The translations under genes and the position numbers were made by a program. Shown piece after piece: positions 38,470 to 52,332 of a DNA stretch of 64,000 bases. The DNA is taken from positions 58,528,001 to 58,592,000 of the forward strand of contig OX597825.1 in the NCBI GenBank assembly GCA_951406725.2, given 5' to 3'. Source of the stretch: Octopus vulgaris (taxonomy: Eukaryota). A model generated the notes under the pieces. The model was not told the DNA's origin. It searched no databases and saw only the letters and a list, made by a program, of their open reading frames with translations. How positions within the stretch are numbered: the stretch's first letter is position 1; the number at the start of each line of letters is the position of its first letter.

Positions 38470-39070
38470 GCAACACGTGTAATGTAATCACCACCACTGC
38501 TGCTACTACCACCAGTACTACATATAATCATCACCACCATCAGCAATGCTTAAAATCATCACCATTACCACCACCACAAACAGCTATGTATATGATCACT
38601 GCTACCACTGTTGCTGCCACTGCCACCACCAGCACCACATATAAACAAGACCACCATCATCACCACCACCACCAACAACAACAACCACAACCACTACCAT
38701 CAACTACCACCAACAACTTCAACCGCCACTAACCACTACCACCACCACCACCATCACCAACAACAACCACCTCCACCATCAAACACCACCTTCACCACCA
38801 CCACCACTGTTACTGTGTATATACAATGCCACTGCTACCATCATCAATACCACTGCTTAGAAGTACCACCACCGCAACCAATTCTACCGCTGCTCTCAGC
38901 ATCCTGACTATCCCAGCATCACACTATGTCGCCATTAACACCGCATCACTGCTACCAGCAACACCCACTTCCACAATCAACCTCCTTTGCATCCCAACAA
39001 CTGAAATGCCATCCTCCCTCACTGTCATCCCCACCCCATCAATAACGTCTATAACTACAACAGCAACAAT
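38425..39070. repeat. Degenerate (CAC/CAA/CAT)n trinucleotide low-complexity region
   Basis: Directly visible; produces poly-His/Thr/Pro ORFs in all frames. Confidence 0.9.
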
Positions 39071-39599
39071 AAAAATGCCACATAAACATTTTTTTTTTGC
39101 CAAGAGATATTTGAAGTAGTTAAATTGTTGTTGATCAAATTGTTTGACCTAATTTTTGACCTTTCCATCAACACAAAGCTTCCTCATTTGTATCGACACC
39201 TCCTCCCCTCCTCCTCATCACCACCATCATCATCTAGTCTATTTACATACATGTTTTTCATTCATTCATACACTTATTCACTCACAAACATACACATAGA
39301 CTCTTATAATACTCACGGATATGCGCATAAGCAATCCCTCCCCCATATCTGTCTGTCTGTATATTTTATGTGTGTGTGTTGGTTGTTTTTATGTTACATA
39401 TAAAAACAAGCATAGTATTGTTCCATACTTTTCAGTAGAGTCCTTTGTTTATTGCTGTTGTTTTTTTTTTCATGTTTGATAGTGACTTCGAAGCTTTAAA
39501 GTATAGTTTTATAACTGCAAGGAAGCTGAAACTATGAGGCCCATCTAGTTCCTCGGGATACTGTCAGATTGTGCCACTGATACTCACTAGACCACCCTT

Positions 39600-40620
39600 G
39601 TGGAAGAGGGTTGATCCTCTGAGCAGACAAGTGGATTAATATCGATTGTAAAATGGCTGTTTTGATGTTTCCTTTTGTGGTAATTGATGGTGGAAGCAAT
39701 ATTGTCTAGACAAGAATAGCTTACTTTAACATTGCATGCCTTAAAGAGTTTACAGTATTTGTATGTATGCAGGAAGGTTTGCCTTACAAAAGTAGGAAAT
39801 GCTTGGCAATATTTGTGAGGATATCTGAGTTATAAGGGCTGGGTAGTGTTAAGCCCGGTTACTTTCTTGTTCCCAACACTCTTCTGATTAGGGAAGTTGG
39901 TGGTTTTCCACGTAAACTAACTTCTCAGTGATGCTACTCATTTTTTTAATGTATAAATGTCTCCTGATTCGGTTTCTTGTAGAAATGTTCTTAAGATTTA
40001 ATCCTGTCTTAAGATCTAGAAAGTTAACTTTCCTTAGGTTGATACTAATATATTTAAGTGAATCTCCCTAAATATACTCATAAGCCCTTTCTAAATCTGC
40101 CATCATCGCTGTGCAGAGATGATGGCCTGATGTAGAGCTAGTTGCTTTCTAAAATGCTATATAAAGGTTATTTGCTTTTTAAGTGTATCAGGGATGAACA
40201 AACCCACAATATCATCTATCTTAATGTCAATATCATCATAGCTACCTATGGTGAAGTTGAATATTGGGTACACCCTAGCAATAGCAAGGGTATAACATTG
40301 TCTTCTTAGTATTCACCACTATACTTGTCAAGATTGCTTATCATATTGCTTGTTTCTCTAAAATTCAGGGTCTCCTGAGGAAGGTATTTTTAAAAATATA
40401 AATGGATGTAAATTCACAATATGGAAATTAGTAAATTTACAGTTTGCTATATTTTCAATGACATGGAACCATTTAATTGCAATTCCATTGCTCATCTAAT
40501 TTCACCATGCTTCTAATTTTCAGGTTAGTGTCACGGATGAATTTGCTAATGATTTTCAATTCACTTATGAATGAGTTGATGAATCTACTTTTGGTGTTGA
40601 AGAGAATGTTAGCCTTGTGG
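39600..40620 (-). pseudogene. Degenerate Penelope-like reverse transcriptase/thumb region
   Basis: Minus strand, with frameshifts: FNFTIGSYD...IVGLFIPD, INLRKVNFLDL, FYKKPNQ, PYNSDILTNIAKHFL, CKLFKACNVKVSYSCLDNIASTINYH. These resemble PLE motifs FDVTMGSYDG, VNFLDV, YxKPN, PPYSxNVxTNIGKxFL and KVSYSCMPN. Confidence 0.75.
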
Positions 40621-41501
40621 TCCTTAAAAGTTATGTATACATTACGTCAGTGGTAATGAAAGAAGAATGTGCTGAACACCAGATGTAGGGTATGAATAAT
40701 AGTGTGTGTATGTATCTAATGTGTCTATGTGTTTATGTGACGAGGAAAACGCCCCCCTGTCCAATGGACAGTGCTGAGTTGTCAAACATTTAAACCAAAT
40801 TTTCTCAAAACAACTTGTCCGACCATCCCATGAAGGGGGGGGGGGGGGTTGTGGCATTATTTCAAGCCAGCCGGCTATTTTTGCGCAAACTGTACGTGCA
40901 TTTTTCTCACATACATGTAGTATTGATTGCAACAGCTGATGTACTTGCGCGTACAAATGCACGTTCCCACGGCTTTATCGATCGCATTCTCGCCTGGAAT
41001 CGATTTTTGTAATTTTTTTCAAGACTTATACATGCCCTGATACAGTTGGTATCTACATATCAAATTTGAGCGCAATCGGATGCCCGAGATCCTAGAAGAC
41101 ACACACACACACAGACAGACAGAATGGATTTTATATAATCAATGTTGTGTGTGTGTGTGTGTATGTGTGTGTATACACTTGTATATATACAAATGAAAGA
41201 GTGAAGGACAAAGAAAGAGAAAGTAAAGTAGAGAAGAGGAGTATGTTTAGTGTCAACTTCCTAATTGCTAAATGACATACAATAAAAATCATTTTGAAGT
41301 TGTGATATTTCTATTCTCCCTTAATTCTGTATCATCTAAATTATTTCACATCTATCTTTAACCAATACATTTCTATACTAAATGCATGAAATTATGAAAA
41401 AAACAAAACTACTAACCATGAACCTATTGCTTACTAGACAAAGATGTCCATTTCACGATGACTTTTTTCTGCATACATCGAGTGAAAACATTGTTTTAGC
41501 C

Positions 41502-42023
41502 TAGTGGTTTTCCACCATATTTTACCAATGGAGCCCTTTGATTCCTATTTTATTCAGGTGAATCCCCACCCTTGTGGAGGAGCATGGCTTAGTGGTTAGG
41601 GTGTTGGACTCATGATTATAAGATTGTTGTTTCAATTCCTGGACTATGCAACGGATTGTGCTCTTGAGCAGGACACTCCATTTCACATTGCTCCAGTCCA
41701 CTCAATTGGCAGAAATGAATAATCCTGCAACAGACTGGTGTCCCATCCAGGTGGGGAATATATACACCTTGAAACCAGGAAACTGGCCTTTATCAGTCAG
41801 TATGACTTGAGAAGGTAACTTTACCTTTACCAGGTGGACCCTCATAGCCATTCACTGTTTGAAAAAATATCTTATATCTTTATACTTAAATTTTATAAGG
41901 AATCGTATTAAAAATTATTAAAATATTTTGTGTATTGTAACCAGTTTATTGCACATAAATATTAACAACAAAATCTTATATGGACCCACCAAGGGTCATA
42001 TTCACCCCTGATGAGAACCATTG
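41502..42023. mobile_element. hAT (Charlie-like) MITE interrupted by a family C SINE (41572-41830)
   Basis: Ends TAGTGGTTTTCCA / TGAGAACCATTG resemble CAGTGGTTCTCA TIRs. The SINE is flanked by CAGGTGAATCCC / CAGGTGGACCC. Confidence 0.55.
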
Positions 42024-42960
42024 AGAACCTCTGTATTTTCTTTGCTGAGCAAAGCTAAATTTTACATTTATCTGAAATATATGTCTTTGCATTTCAAATT
42101 TCAAAATAAATTAATAAAACTGAAAATAATTATTTTAAAAAAATGAAGCCAGGTAGAGTATTATAATTAGTAATACTAGAGTGTATTTGAATCAGTAGAC
42201 ATAAATATAATGGTTTTTTTAATCTCTAAAGATGATTTTATAATCCAAAACATAATCTTATTAACCACAAATTGTTTAAGACATTTAATCATAACATAAA
42301 GTTATTACACAAATAGAGTATCAGCATATTTAATTCAGGAAACATTGAGAAAGTAGTTAGAAACTCTTATGTGGCAATGAAAAGACAACATTTAGCATTG
42401 AGTAATGTTATTGTATTTCAACAAGTATGGGAGACAACTTCAGATATATTTCAGCTTTATTAAATCTCCTCATTAAATTGAAATTGCTGAAGCTGTGACA
42501 AGAGAATGAAGAAATATATTTTAACGATAATTAGTTAATGAAATAATATCATGCTGTTATAGATGGACTAGTGATCTCACCTTGGCTGTTGAAGTCATAT
42601 TGTTTCAGTAAATGTATCCAGCCATTTTCAGGTGCCCTTCATATTTTCAGAATTATGGACCAGACCTCCTATGGGAAAAGGGGAATTGTCCTCATTCCAT
42701 TGTCTAAACCAGGGGTATTCTCCTTTTTAGCTATCATCCTATTTGTGATATTGCCTGCTTGTTCCACTTGAATCAGAGTATATATTATTTGACTATCCTA
42801 GAATTTGAACTCATGCCCACCAACTAAACTATTACACTTAACACTATATATATAAATGCTTAGACCAGGGCTGTCTTAGCAGTATTATTTAGGCTCCAGG
42901 CAAATCAAAGCACTGGAATCTATAGTATTTATATATTGACAATAAGCCACAGCATACATA

Positions 42961-43856
42961 TGAGGTGGTATACAGAAGTTTCTGGACTAGTTCTGTAGTG
43001 TGCCAACAGATGGCAGCACATGTTTGCATTTGCTGTGAGAGCTAGCAGTGACATTCATGGGGCAGTAAGCCAAGTGACACTGCAGTGTTTACTTTGAAAG
43101 TTGTGAAATCTGTTTTTTTTTATGATCATGTGTATGCTGTAGTCTGAAAGTTTTGTCATGGACAGGAAGTTAGAACAAAGAGTTGATGTGAAATTTTGCA
43201 TTAAACTTGGGAAGTCTACTACAGAGACATTGAGCATACTTCAGCAAGTTTATAGCAATGAGGCAATGTTTTGAGTGACATGGGTGCTTCAAAAGCAAAA
43301 GAATGTCCCTGGAAGACAATGAGTGATCTGGAAGACCTACCTCGAGTATCACCCCTGGAAATGTGGTATTATGCATTGAGAATTTGTCCCCTAAGGCCAG
43401 ACAATCAATTGAGAGTTCTACTAGGAATTTCTGAAACATTTGAGGGAGGACATTCTGCAAAAGTAACCAGATCTGTGGAGTGCAAAGAATGAGATTCTTC
43501 AAAGTGACAATACACCCTGTCACCAAGCTCTCTTCACTTGTGAGTTTCTTGCCAAAAACATTATGGTATCATTTCCACACATGCCCTATTTGCAAGATTT
43601 AGCATCTGCAGACTTCCAGGAAAATGCAGCTCAAAGGTCACTGTTTTAACACTTGTTGAGGCTAAGAGTGAATTGCAGAAAGTCCTTGATTCACTTACCA
43701 AAAACTACCTCCAGGCTAGTTTCCAAAAGTAGCAGGAACACTGGGACCAGTGTATTGTTGTGCAAGGTGACTATTTCGAAGGAGCTAATGTTAAAACTTA
43801 AATAAGTTATATTTTATTAAATGTAACTAGTCCAGGAACTTTTTGGTACTACCTCA
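42961..43856 (+). mobile_element. Mariner transposon, internally deleted, both TIRs, TA-flanked
   Basis: TA-TGAGGTGGTATACAGAAGTTTCTGGACTAG ... CTAGTCCAGGAACTTTTTGGTACTACCTCA-TA. ORF from 43158 reads MDRKLEQRVDVKFCIKLGKSTTETLSILQQVY, later DNTPCH and PYLQDLASADF. Confidence 0.85.
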
Positions 43857-45881
43857 TAGATCACAACTGAACCCTTAGATTTGTGAGCCCCCCCCACTAG
43901 GCAACTGCTTAAGAAAGCACTAGCTTATACTCACTATCCCATCGTCCAATTTGAGAACAACGTACCTCTACCATGCTGTAGATTTAATAAAGAGCTCTGA
44001 CTGAAATCCTAAGAACATTATTAAAAATGATATCTACCTGAAGAAGGCTGGAGACCAAAACAATAAGTGTAACAACCAAGATGAGGACACAAATTGAATA
44101 TATCAATGTATGATAATGATAATTCTTTATCTCAAGACTTCATTATTTAAATTCAATTAAAATGCTATTAGGCATTGATTAATGTTGCCTTTTCCTCATT
44201 GCATGATACATTCAAATTAGCTTTTTTTGCTCATTATCATCAAATATTGTAATACAAACTTGACTATATCACTTTTTATGCTAAGTTGTCCCTGAGTAAT
44301 TTTCCAAAATAACTTATTCTTGTATAAAGATGTTACATTATGTTGTTCCTCTTTTTCATTTTATAGAGAGCCTGTTGTTTCTGATTTTGTCTTGTTATTA
44401 GGCCTGATCAAAGAATTTCTTTATTCTTCTCTAATGTCTACCTTCTTTTATAATTAATCATATATTTCTAATTTAAGTCTGTGCATATAAGGGGCTCTGC
44501 CTCTTACATTTAAATAGTTCTGCCATCTATCATAAGTTTGAGTTTTTGGGGGATACCAGCAAATAATTTTTACCTCATTTTTTTATTAGATCATTTAATG
44601 TTGAAGTGTATGTGTGAGGTGAAATGATGTTAAATTGTGTCAATTCTCATCCATTTATAACTAAAGTAAACTTAAAACTTCCATAGAGATTGATAAAATA
44701 AGTAGTGATTGATATAATAGACATCAACTCCTTGAAGGTGGTGCTCCAGTATTGCCACATTCCACTGACTGAAACCTGTGAAAGAATTAAAAACAATATA
44801 AGGTATTCTGTCTTTTATTCTGCTATTTCTGCCTGCTCAATACCCATGTTATGAGTTAAAAATTAAGGACTTTTGTACATTGGCACAAAAATCATGGATG
44901 CATTCTTTTGTGTGGTCGTGGTGCTGTGTTGTGGTGATAGATCTAGTCAATGGAATGGAATCCAACTACCATTCTGCAACAAAGTTTTATAAGTCTCAAG
45001 GGTGTGAAAGGCAAATTTGCTCCTGATTTCCCTCAGTGTAACTTTAAACTCATACCATACTGGGAACATACCTGGATACTGAAAATACTATCTCAGTCCA
45101 TTATTCATCAACTCTTTCTGCAACTTTACTACTTTTTCTCCAGATGAAATAATGAAATCAAAATAAAGAAGAAAAGACTACCAAAAACAGAGATAAAATG
45201 TAAACAAATAATAATAACAATAACATCAACAATAATAATAAATGTTGAACAAATACGTAAATAAACAGTGCACAAGTTTCTCTTATCATTGTAAAACAAT
45301 TTTTTCTAGAATTTTCGGAAATGATGTGCAATATTTTTAGATAATATATTGATCTGTTGTCTGTTGTTTGGTTGCAAAAGAAATTTCCGAAGCTGTCAAA
45401 GTAAATATTTTTTTATTTTCTTTTTACAAATTCCAAACTTTTTTCTTCCTAATTTTTTTAGGAAATGTCAGAGCTAATTATTGTTAATGTTATTTGTTTG
45501 GCAAATGATGTTAAGGCAAGGGTTAAGCTCCCATATCAGTGAACTTATTTCCAGTGTAAGTTATAAATATTTCACTTCACTTCACACATGTTCCGCCATA
45601 ATGTGACATGGAAAGCCAAGGTAAATCATTTTTGAATGGAACTCGAATCTCGCAAGATTAGCAGTGACACATAATGTTAGGATGACATATGGTTCATATG
45701 TCATCCTAACATATATTATTAATATAATGTACCTCTTGGGGTACCACATAAAAAATCTTATGATATACTATGAACAAGGGATTTTAGTACAGCTTATCTT
45801 TTCTCAAGAAGACAGTTGTCTTATAAAATTCAATCTGAATACAGCTTGTCAGCAAAAGTTAGAAATTTTTCATACATATAT

Positions 45882-46288
45882 AGGCACAGGAGTGGCTGTG
45901 TGGTAAGTAGCTTGTTTACCAACCACATGGTTCCGGGTTCAGTCCCACTGCATGGCACCTTGGGCAAGTGTCTTCTAGCCTCGGGCCAACCAAAGCCTTG
46001 TGAGTGGATTTGGTAGACGGAAACTGAAAGAAGCCCGTCGTATATATGTATATATATATATATGTGTGCGTGTATGTTTGTGTGTCTGTATTTGTCTCCC
46101 TAGCATTGCTTGACAGCCGATGCTGGTGCGTTTATGTCCCCGTCACTTAGCGGTTCGGCAAGGGAGACCGATAGAATAAGTACTGGGCTTACAAAGAATA
46201 AGTCCCGGAGTCAAGTTGCTTGATTAAAGACGGTGCTCCAGCATGGCTGCAGTCAAATGACTGAAACAAGTAAAAGAGTAAAAGAGTA
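45882..46288 (+). mobile_element. SINE family A, best-preserved copy
   Basis: GGCACAGGAGTGGCTGTGTGGTAAG (A-box-like)...GGTTCAGTCCC (B-box-like)...central microsatellite...(GTAAAAGA)n tail. Confidence 0.85.
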
Positions 46289-47139
46289 TATGAAGTGAAA
46301 CAACATGAGATTAACATGCATTTTAAGGGTTTAAAAAAACGGAATTAAATTAACTAGAAGAGATAACAGTGAAATCTCATAATTTAATGTAAGCATGAAA
46401 CTATAAGTACAAGGTCTGAAACGTTAGAGGAGGGGCTAGTTGGTTACATCAACCTCAAAACTCGACTGGTACCAATTTCAGTGACCGAAAGGATAAAAGG
46501 TAAAGCTGACTATGGTAGCATTTGAACTCAAGAATATCATTATTATTTTTTGTTTTTATTGAGAGCTCATGACCTCATGGTTAGGGTGTTGCACTTACAA
46601 TCACAAGATCGTGGTTTCAGTTCCTAGACTAGATGGTGCATTGTGTTCTTGAGCAAAATACTTCATCTCAGTTTGCTTTGCGATCACTTCAACACCTGAT
46701 GTATGGTACACAGTGCACCTGTTCAGACAACACCAATTTGATGGCAGGATTAAGCTTATGTACAGCGCATACATTTGACCACTATAAACAAATCATTTGT
46801 GCAGGCTGTTCTGCAAAAAGCTGAACATTCATATGTTGTCTTTGATGGGTGAGCCCATCATCCTCATCATCATAATAATAATAATAATTATTATTATTAT
46901 TATTACTGCTACTACTACATCTGTCTTCATGTTCTGGGTTCGCTGAGGTCGACTTTGCCTGTCATCCTTTCAGGATCAATAAATTAAGTGCCAGTAAAAC
47001 ACTAGGGTCGATATAATTGATTAGTCCCCCTCCCACCAAAATTTCAGGCCTTGTGCCTATTGTTGAAAGGATTATTATTATTATTAAGAATAAGAAGAAG
47101 GACAAGAAGACCAACAACAAGAATGCCATGATAAAACAA

Positions 47140-47690
47140 TGGTGAGAAAAAGCCCCTACATGGAAAATACTGGAATAAACTGAACAGAAGGGAAATAAAG
47201 TAAAATCTCAACACTAGCTGAGAAGTACAGGACTCAAAGCAAAAACTGAAGGGTTCTTAATTGTGGCACAAGATAAAAGCCTCCCCACCAGAAACTACCA
47301 AAATATATATAATGGAGCAGTATATAATAAATGTGGAATCTCTACAAACATGATAGAGTTGGGACTTAAACTGGGAGTTGCGTCATCACTGGAATGCTAA
47401 CAGAAAAAAGATGATAAAAGCATACTCCAGAAAAGGTTTCAGAAAATGACAAAATAACCAGGGTCTGGGATAAGCCAGCACAAACAGGGAGAGCAAAGTT
47501 AATCACCCAATTGTTGTCAAGGATCACAAAGAAAAACAAAAGTGCCTTCCAATCACTATATCAGTCCCATCCATTGACAACGCATCTCTAGAAGAAATGC
47601 AGAAGCTCTTGCAATACATAGATCTGGAAATAGAGTTAACCTGAATGTGGAACCTGAAGAAAGAAACGATCTCCATGGCTACATTTATCA
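47140..47690 (+). pseudogene. R4/Dong-like non-LTR retrotransposon remnant (post-RT and REL endonuclease region)
   Basis: EKALHGKYW...GLKAKTEGFLIVAQDKSLPTRNYQ...PEKVSENDK...IVVKDHKEKQKCL...YIDLEIEL..MW. Confidence 0.75.
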
Positions 47691-49453
47691 AATGTGTTCT
47701 ATTTTGAAGGCAGGAAGGTTGTAGAATTTGAAGTAGAATTGACAGCTGTTGTTTCCAGCAGATCTTATGGCCACATAGAGGCTTCATCATTGGCTCATTG
47801 TGCTATGTTGTTTAGCCACAGGTCAGCCCTCATTAAGCAGGCCTATGATGAAAGACATTCCAGTCATGACCATCTCATTTTAAATCAGATATTGTATATC
47901 TAGGATTACATTATCTATTGTTACTTGCTTTTCTAAGATAGTAATGTGTAATCTGAGGGAGACTTAGCTGCTATTCTAACAGCTTAAACTACTACATATA
48001 GGCCACCTAACTGTATGTGACAGACTTCAGCTGTTGTTTAGCTCCAGGTCAGCCTTGATTGAGTAGATCTAGATACAATTTTTTTTACTACATGAATGTA
48101 ACCCCAGGATCACATATTCTAAAATGGTAGAGCATGATTTGAGGGAGATTTAATAGCTATTTCTTGCATATCAAGTGACCACAAAAGTTACCTGTATTGG
48201 TGCATTATGGTGAGTTGGACCTTTAACCATAACTCTACTTCCAGTTGTGTCATCACCAAATCAGCTATAAAATGAAAAAAAACCCAATAATAAGAGACAT
48301 CTCTGTTGTGATTTGAACACAAATCTGGAGATTGTTCAGAGAGAGAATTTACCTCCTTGCCAAAACAGAGATACAGTTTATGGCATGATTGAACAAACGA
48401 AGTCAGCAAACCTTTGAAAGTCAATCAATATGGCTGTGTCAGTGTACTCTTACACACACACACGCTTGTACATGTGTGTACGTGCACACTCACACACACA
48501 CACAAATATTCTCACTTTCATCCATATTAATTCATTGATGTTCAAAGGATTGCTTATGGCTGTGGTGTGTCATTGTGCGAGTGTGTGCATCTGTGAATAT
48601 CTATATGTACATATGCATGTATGTGTGTGTGTATACGTGTACACACATACACACAAACACACTCGCACACACACACACACATGCATGTATACATATATAC
48701 ACACACAATTCATACAGCCATATTGTATTGATTGACGTTCAAAGGATTGTGAATTTCGTTTGTTATTAATGCCACGAATCATCTCTAGATATATACATAT
48801 ATACGTACATACATCCATACCTACATACATATACATGCATTCAAACACACATTCATACCTGTATGCATACATACACATTTATATATTTATATATAGACAT
48901 GCCTACATATGTATATACATATATACACATACATTCAAGCACACCTACTTACCTACATACATATACATATAATGTACCTACATACATACATAGGCACACA
49001 CATACACAGTGTACACTTATTAATATCTATAGATGTGTATATGTGTTTATTTGTTTGTTTGTTTGTATATAAGTAATTATTGCTCAAAATACACCAGGAA
49101 TACATTTTAAAGTAAGAAATTTTATGAGAATGCATAATGAACTTGGCTCAGTACTATATAACTTAATACTATAAATGTATAAACTGAATATAAAAAACAG
49201 CAAAATCAATCAACATTATATATTTACTAACGTGTATATTTCATATTGGAACACATTACGTTTCTGTGAATGAAATGCACTTGTGGAAATGCCACACAAA
49301 GCTTCATCAACTGGAAGAATAAATGATGGAGAATTTCAATCCACCAAGTTGATATTACAATCGCAATGGTAGTCACATGGTGTTAGCAGAGCATGAAATG
49401 ACATAAAGTTAAAATTGAAATTTCTCAAATTTATGTAGACATATTACTACAAC

Positions 49454-49454
<1 letters not shown>

Positions 49455-49523
<69 letters not shown>

Positions 49524-49900
49524 TTCATCATTTACTGTCTGTTTTCCATGGATTGTTTGGCTTGACATATGCTTGCAAGCCACAGGACTGCACCAAACTC
49601 CACTGTCTTTTTTGGCACGTTTTATATGACAGGATGCCCTTCCTAATACCAACCACTCTACAGAGTGGACTGGATGCTTTTTTGTGGCACCAGCTCCAGA
49701 AAGGCCTGTTTTGGCATGGGTTTTACAATTGGATGCCCTTCCTAGTGCCAACCACTTTACAGAGTAGACTGGGTGTTCTTCACATGGCACAGAGTACTGG
49801 CGAGGTCTGTTTAGGCATAATTTTTATGGCTGGATGTCCTTCCTAACATCCATTTTACTGAGTGAACTGGGTGCTTTTCGTGTGGCACCAGCACTGGCAG
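49455..49900 (-). mobile_element. RTE-type 3' tail with long (CAT)n and three tandem ~100 bp subunits
   Basis: GGATGCCCTTCCTA..CCAACCACT.TACAGAGT repeated at ~49632, ~49731 and ~49833. Confidence 0.7.
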
Positions 49901-51035
49901 AGTTTTTTTTACAACCAGATGCATCAACAAATGTTTCTTTAGCTTGAAGCAATTAATATAATTATTGTTTAAGATACATAAGCATAGGCATAGCTATGGT
50001 TAAAAAGCTCACTCTGCAATCATATAGTTTTGGGTTTAGTCCCACTGTGTGTTACCTTGGGCGTCTGTTTTCTACTATAGCCCTGAGCCAACAAATGCCT
50101 TGTCAGTGAATTTATAGATGGAAACTGTGAGGAAGCCTGTTAAATGTATATGTGTGTGGGTGCATGTTTTTGTGTTTGTACCACCACCACTGGTTGACAA
50201 CTGGTGTTGGTTTGTTTACACCCACATAACTCAGCAGTTTGGCAAACATTTTATTTGACTGAATAAGTAAGTACCAGACTTAAAAATAACCCTTGGGGTT
50301 GATCTTTTTTTCAACTAAACCCTTCAAAGCCATGCCCCAGCATGGCCACAGTTCAATGACTGAAGCAAGTAAAAGTGAAAAATTAAGGTACACCAAAAGA
50401 TGCATTTTCAAGTAAAAAACCTTTGTGAGTTTCGAATTAAGTAGTTTGTAAGTTAATATAATATCAAGACAATCTGAATCATGAAAAGTAACACTTGGGG
50501 GTATTCTTTACTCTTTTACCTTTTATTTGCTTCAGTCATTAAACTGCGGCCATGCTGGGGCACTGCCTTGAAGAATTTTATTTTATTTTTTTAAGCTTCA
50601 TACTTATTCCATTGGTCTCTTTTGCAGAAATGCTGAGTTACAGGGACATAAACACACCAACACTGGTTGTCAAGTGATGATGGGGGACAAAGACACAAAC
50701 ACACACACACACACACACACGTACATACATTTTATATACATATCATCATCATCATCATTTAACATCTGTTTTCCATGCATGCATGGGTTGGATGGTTTGA
50801 CATGAGCTAGTCAGCTGAAGAGCTTCCCAAGCACCATGTCTATTTTGGCATGGTTTTTACAACTGGATGCCCTTCCTAACACCAACCACTTTACATGGTG
50901 CATTGGGTGTTTTTATGCAGCAATGGCACACAGGTGTATTTATGTGGCACCAGCACCCACGAGTCTTCAAGATTAGGAATGCTCAGCTGAAGAAGGATAC
51001 AGGGAACATTATATATATATATATATATATATATA

Positions 51036-52295
51036 CACGAGGGGCGTTCAATAAGTAATGCCCCTGACCCACTTCCCATAGCAGTAGAGCAACGAAACTT
51101 GGCACAGTTATTAGTCTTTTTCTACATAGGAACCACCCAGAGTTACGCATTTCTCCCATCGTTTGATGCAGCTCTGGAGACCGTTTTTGTAGAAGACCCC
51201 AGCTTGGTCCTCCAACCTGAACGTGACTTCAGAAATCAAGGCTGCATCATCTGGGAAACGCTTTCCTTTCAAAAACAACTTCATGACTGGGAAGAGGTGA
51301 AAATCAGAAGGTGCAAGGTCAGGAAAGTAGGGGGATGGGGGAGGAGTTCATAGCCATACGCCTGTGCTTCTGATCTGGCGACAAGCGAGTTGTGGACCGG
51401 AGTGTTGTCCTACAGGAGGAGGATGTCTTTGCTGATCTTGCGTCGCCTCTTGATTTTGATAACTTCTCTTAATTTCCTCAAAAGTGAAGCATAATAGGCT
51501 CCTGTAATTGTGGTACCCTTTGCCAGGAAATCTGTCATCACTACTCCGTCCTGGTCCCAGAAGACTGTGAGCATGACCTTGCCAGCGGAGGGCTGCACCC
51601 TTGCCTTCTTTGGAGGGGGCGAGTCAAGGTGCTTCCACTGCATTGACAGGGCTTTGGTCTCTGGATCATCGTGATGGACCCAGGTTTCATCCTGTGTAAT
51701 CAGTCTTTTGAAAAATTTTGACTCATCTTCTTGGCACATCTCCAAATTCACCCTCGAGCACTCGACGCATTCTTGCTTCTGGTAGACACCTTTTGCATAT
51801 GCAAATGGTCATGAATGATAGTTTCCACAGACCCGGTACTAATCTTGACCTCATGGGCTATTTGGCGAATAATTATGCGTCAATCTTCCAAAATGGCAGC
51901 CTCAACTTGACGGACAGATGCCTCATCAATGGCAGAAGGGGCGACCAGATCTGGGAGCTGTTTCCACAGAGTTCCGACCATGTTTGAATTCACGATGCCA
52001 GCGTTTTACAAGGTCATATGATGGGGCATCATCACCATAAGTTACTTTCATTTCATCAAAAGTCTCCTGTGGTGTGCATCCTTTCAAATACAAAAACCGG
52101 ATCACTGCTCGACACTCAACAGGCTCCATTTCACACTTGACTCGGTTCAAACACCTGTAAATCAGAAACCACAATTAATTCAGAGCTGTAATTTGCCACT
52201 TACTCTATAGAGATATAAATGATTGCACATGCAAAATTTCAGCTAGATCCAACAACTGCAAGTGGGTCAGAGGCATTACTTATTGAACGTCCCTC

Positions 52296-52298
<3 letters not shown>
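51036..52298 (-). mobile_element. Near full-length mariner (DD34D) transposon with disrupted transposase, inserted in (TA)n
   Basis: TIRs CGAGGGGCGTTCAATAAGTAATGCCCCTGACCCACTT / AAGTGGGTCAGAGGCATTACTTATTGAACGTCCCTCG. Transposase 52129->51111: MEPVECRAVIRFLYLKG, ITQDETWVHH, PSAGKVMLTVFWD, LL*DNTPVH, Y.PDLAPSDFHLF, GGSYVEKD*; contains frameshifts and a stop. Confidence 0.95.

Positions 52299-52332
<34 letters not shown>

Noticed and set aside
38400-39119. Mucin-like or poly-His/Thr ORFs
   Set aside because: Trinucleotide-derived, open in multiple frames and without splice signals.
44940-45180. Minus-strand strong donor CCAG|GTATGT and open stretch YPGMFPVWYEFKV...
   Set aside because: All tested acceptor-donor pairs include stops or use a poor donor; no homology recognised.
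45462-45521. Possible + strand exon after a pyrimidine tract (EMSELIIVNVICLANDVKAR)
   Set aside because: It does not resemble the expected next nAChR exon (DEKNQ...WL) and the donor is weak.
49431-49790. Poly-Asp ORF
   Set aside because: It is the (GAT)n tail of an RTE-type element.
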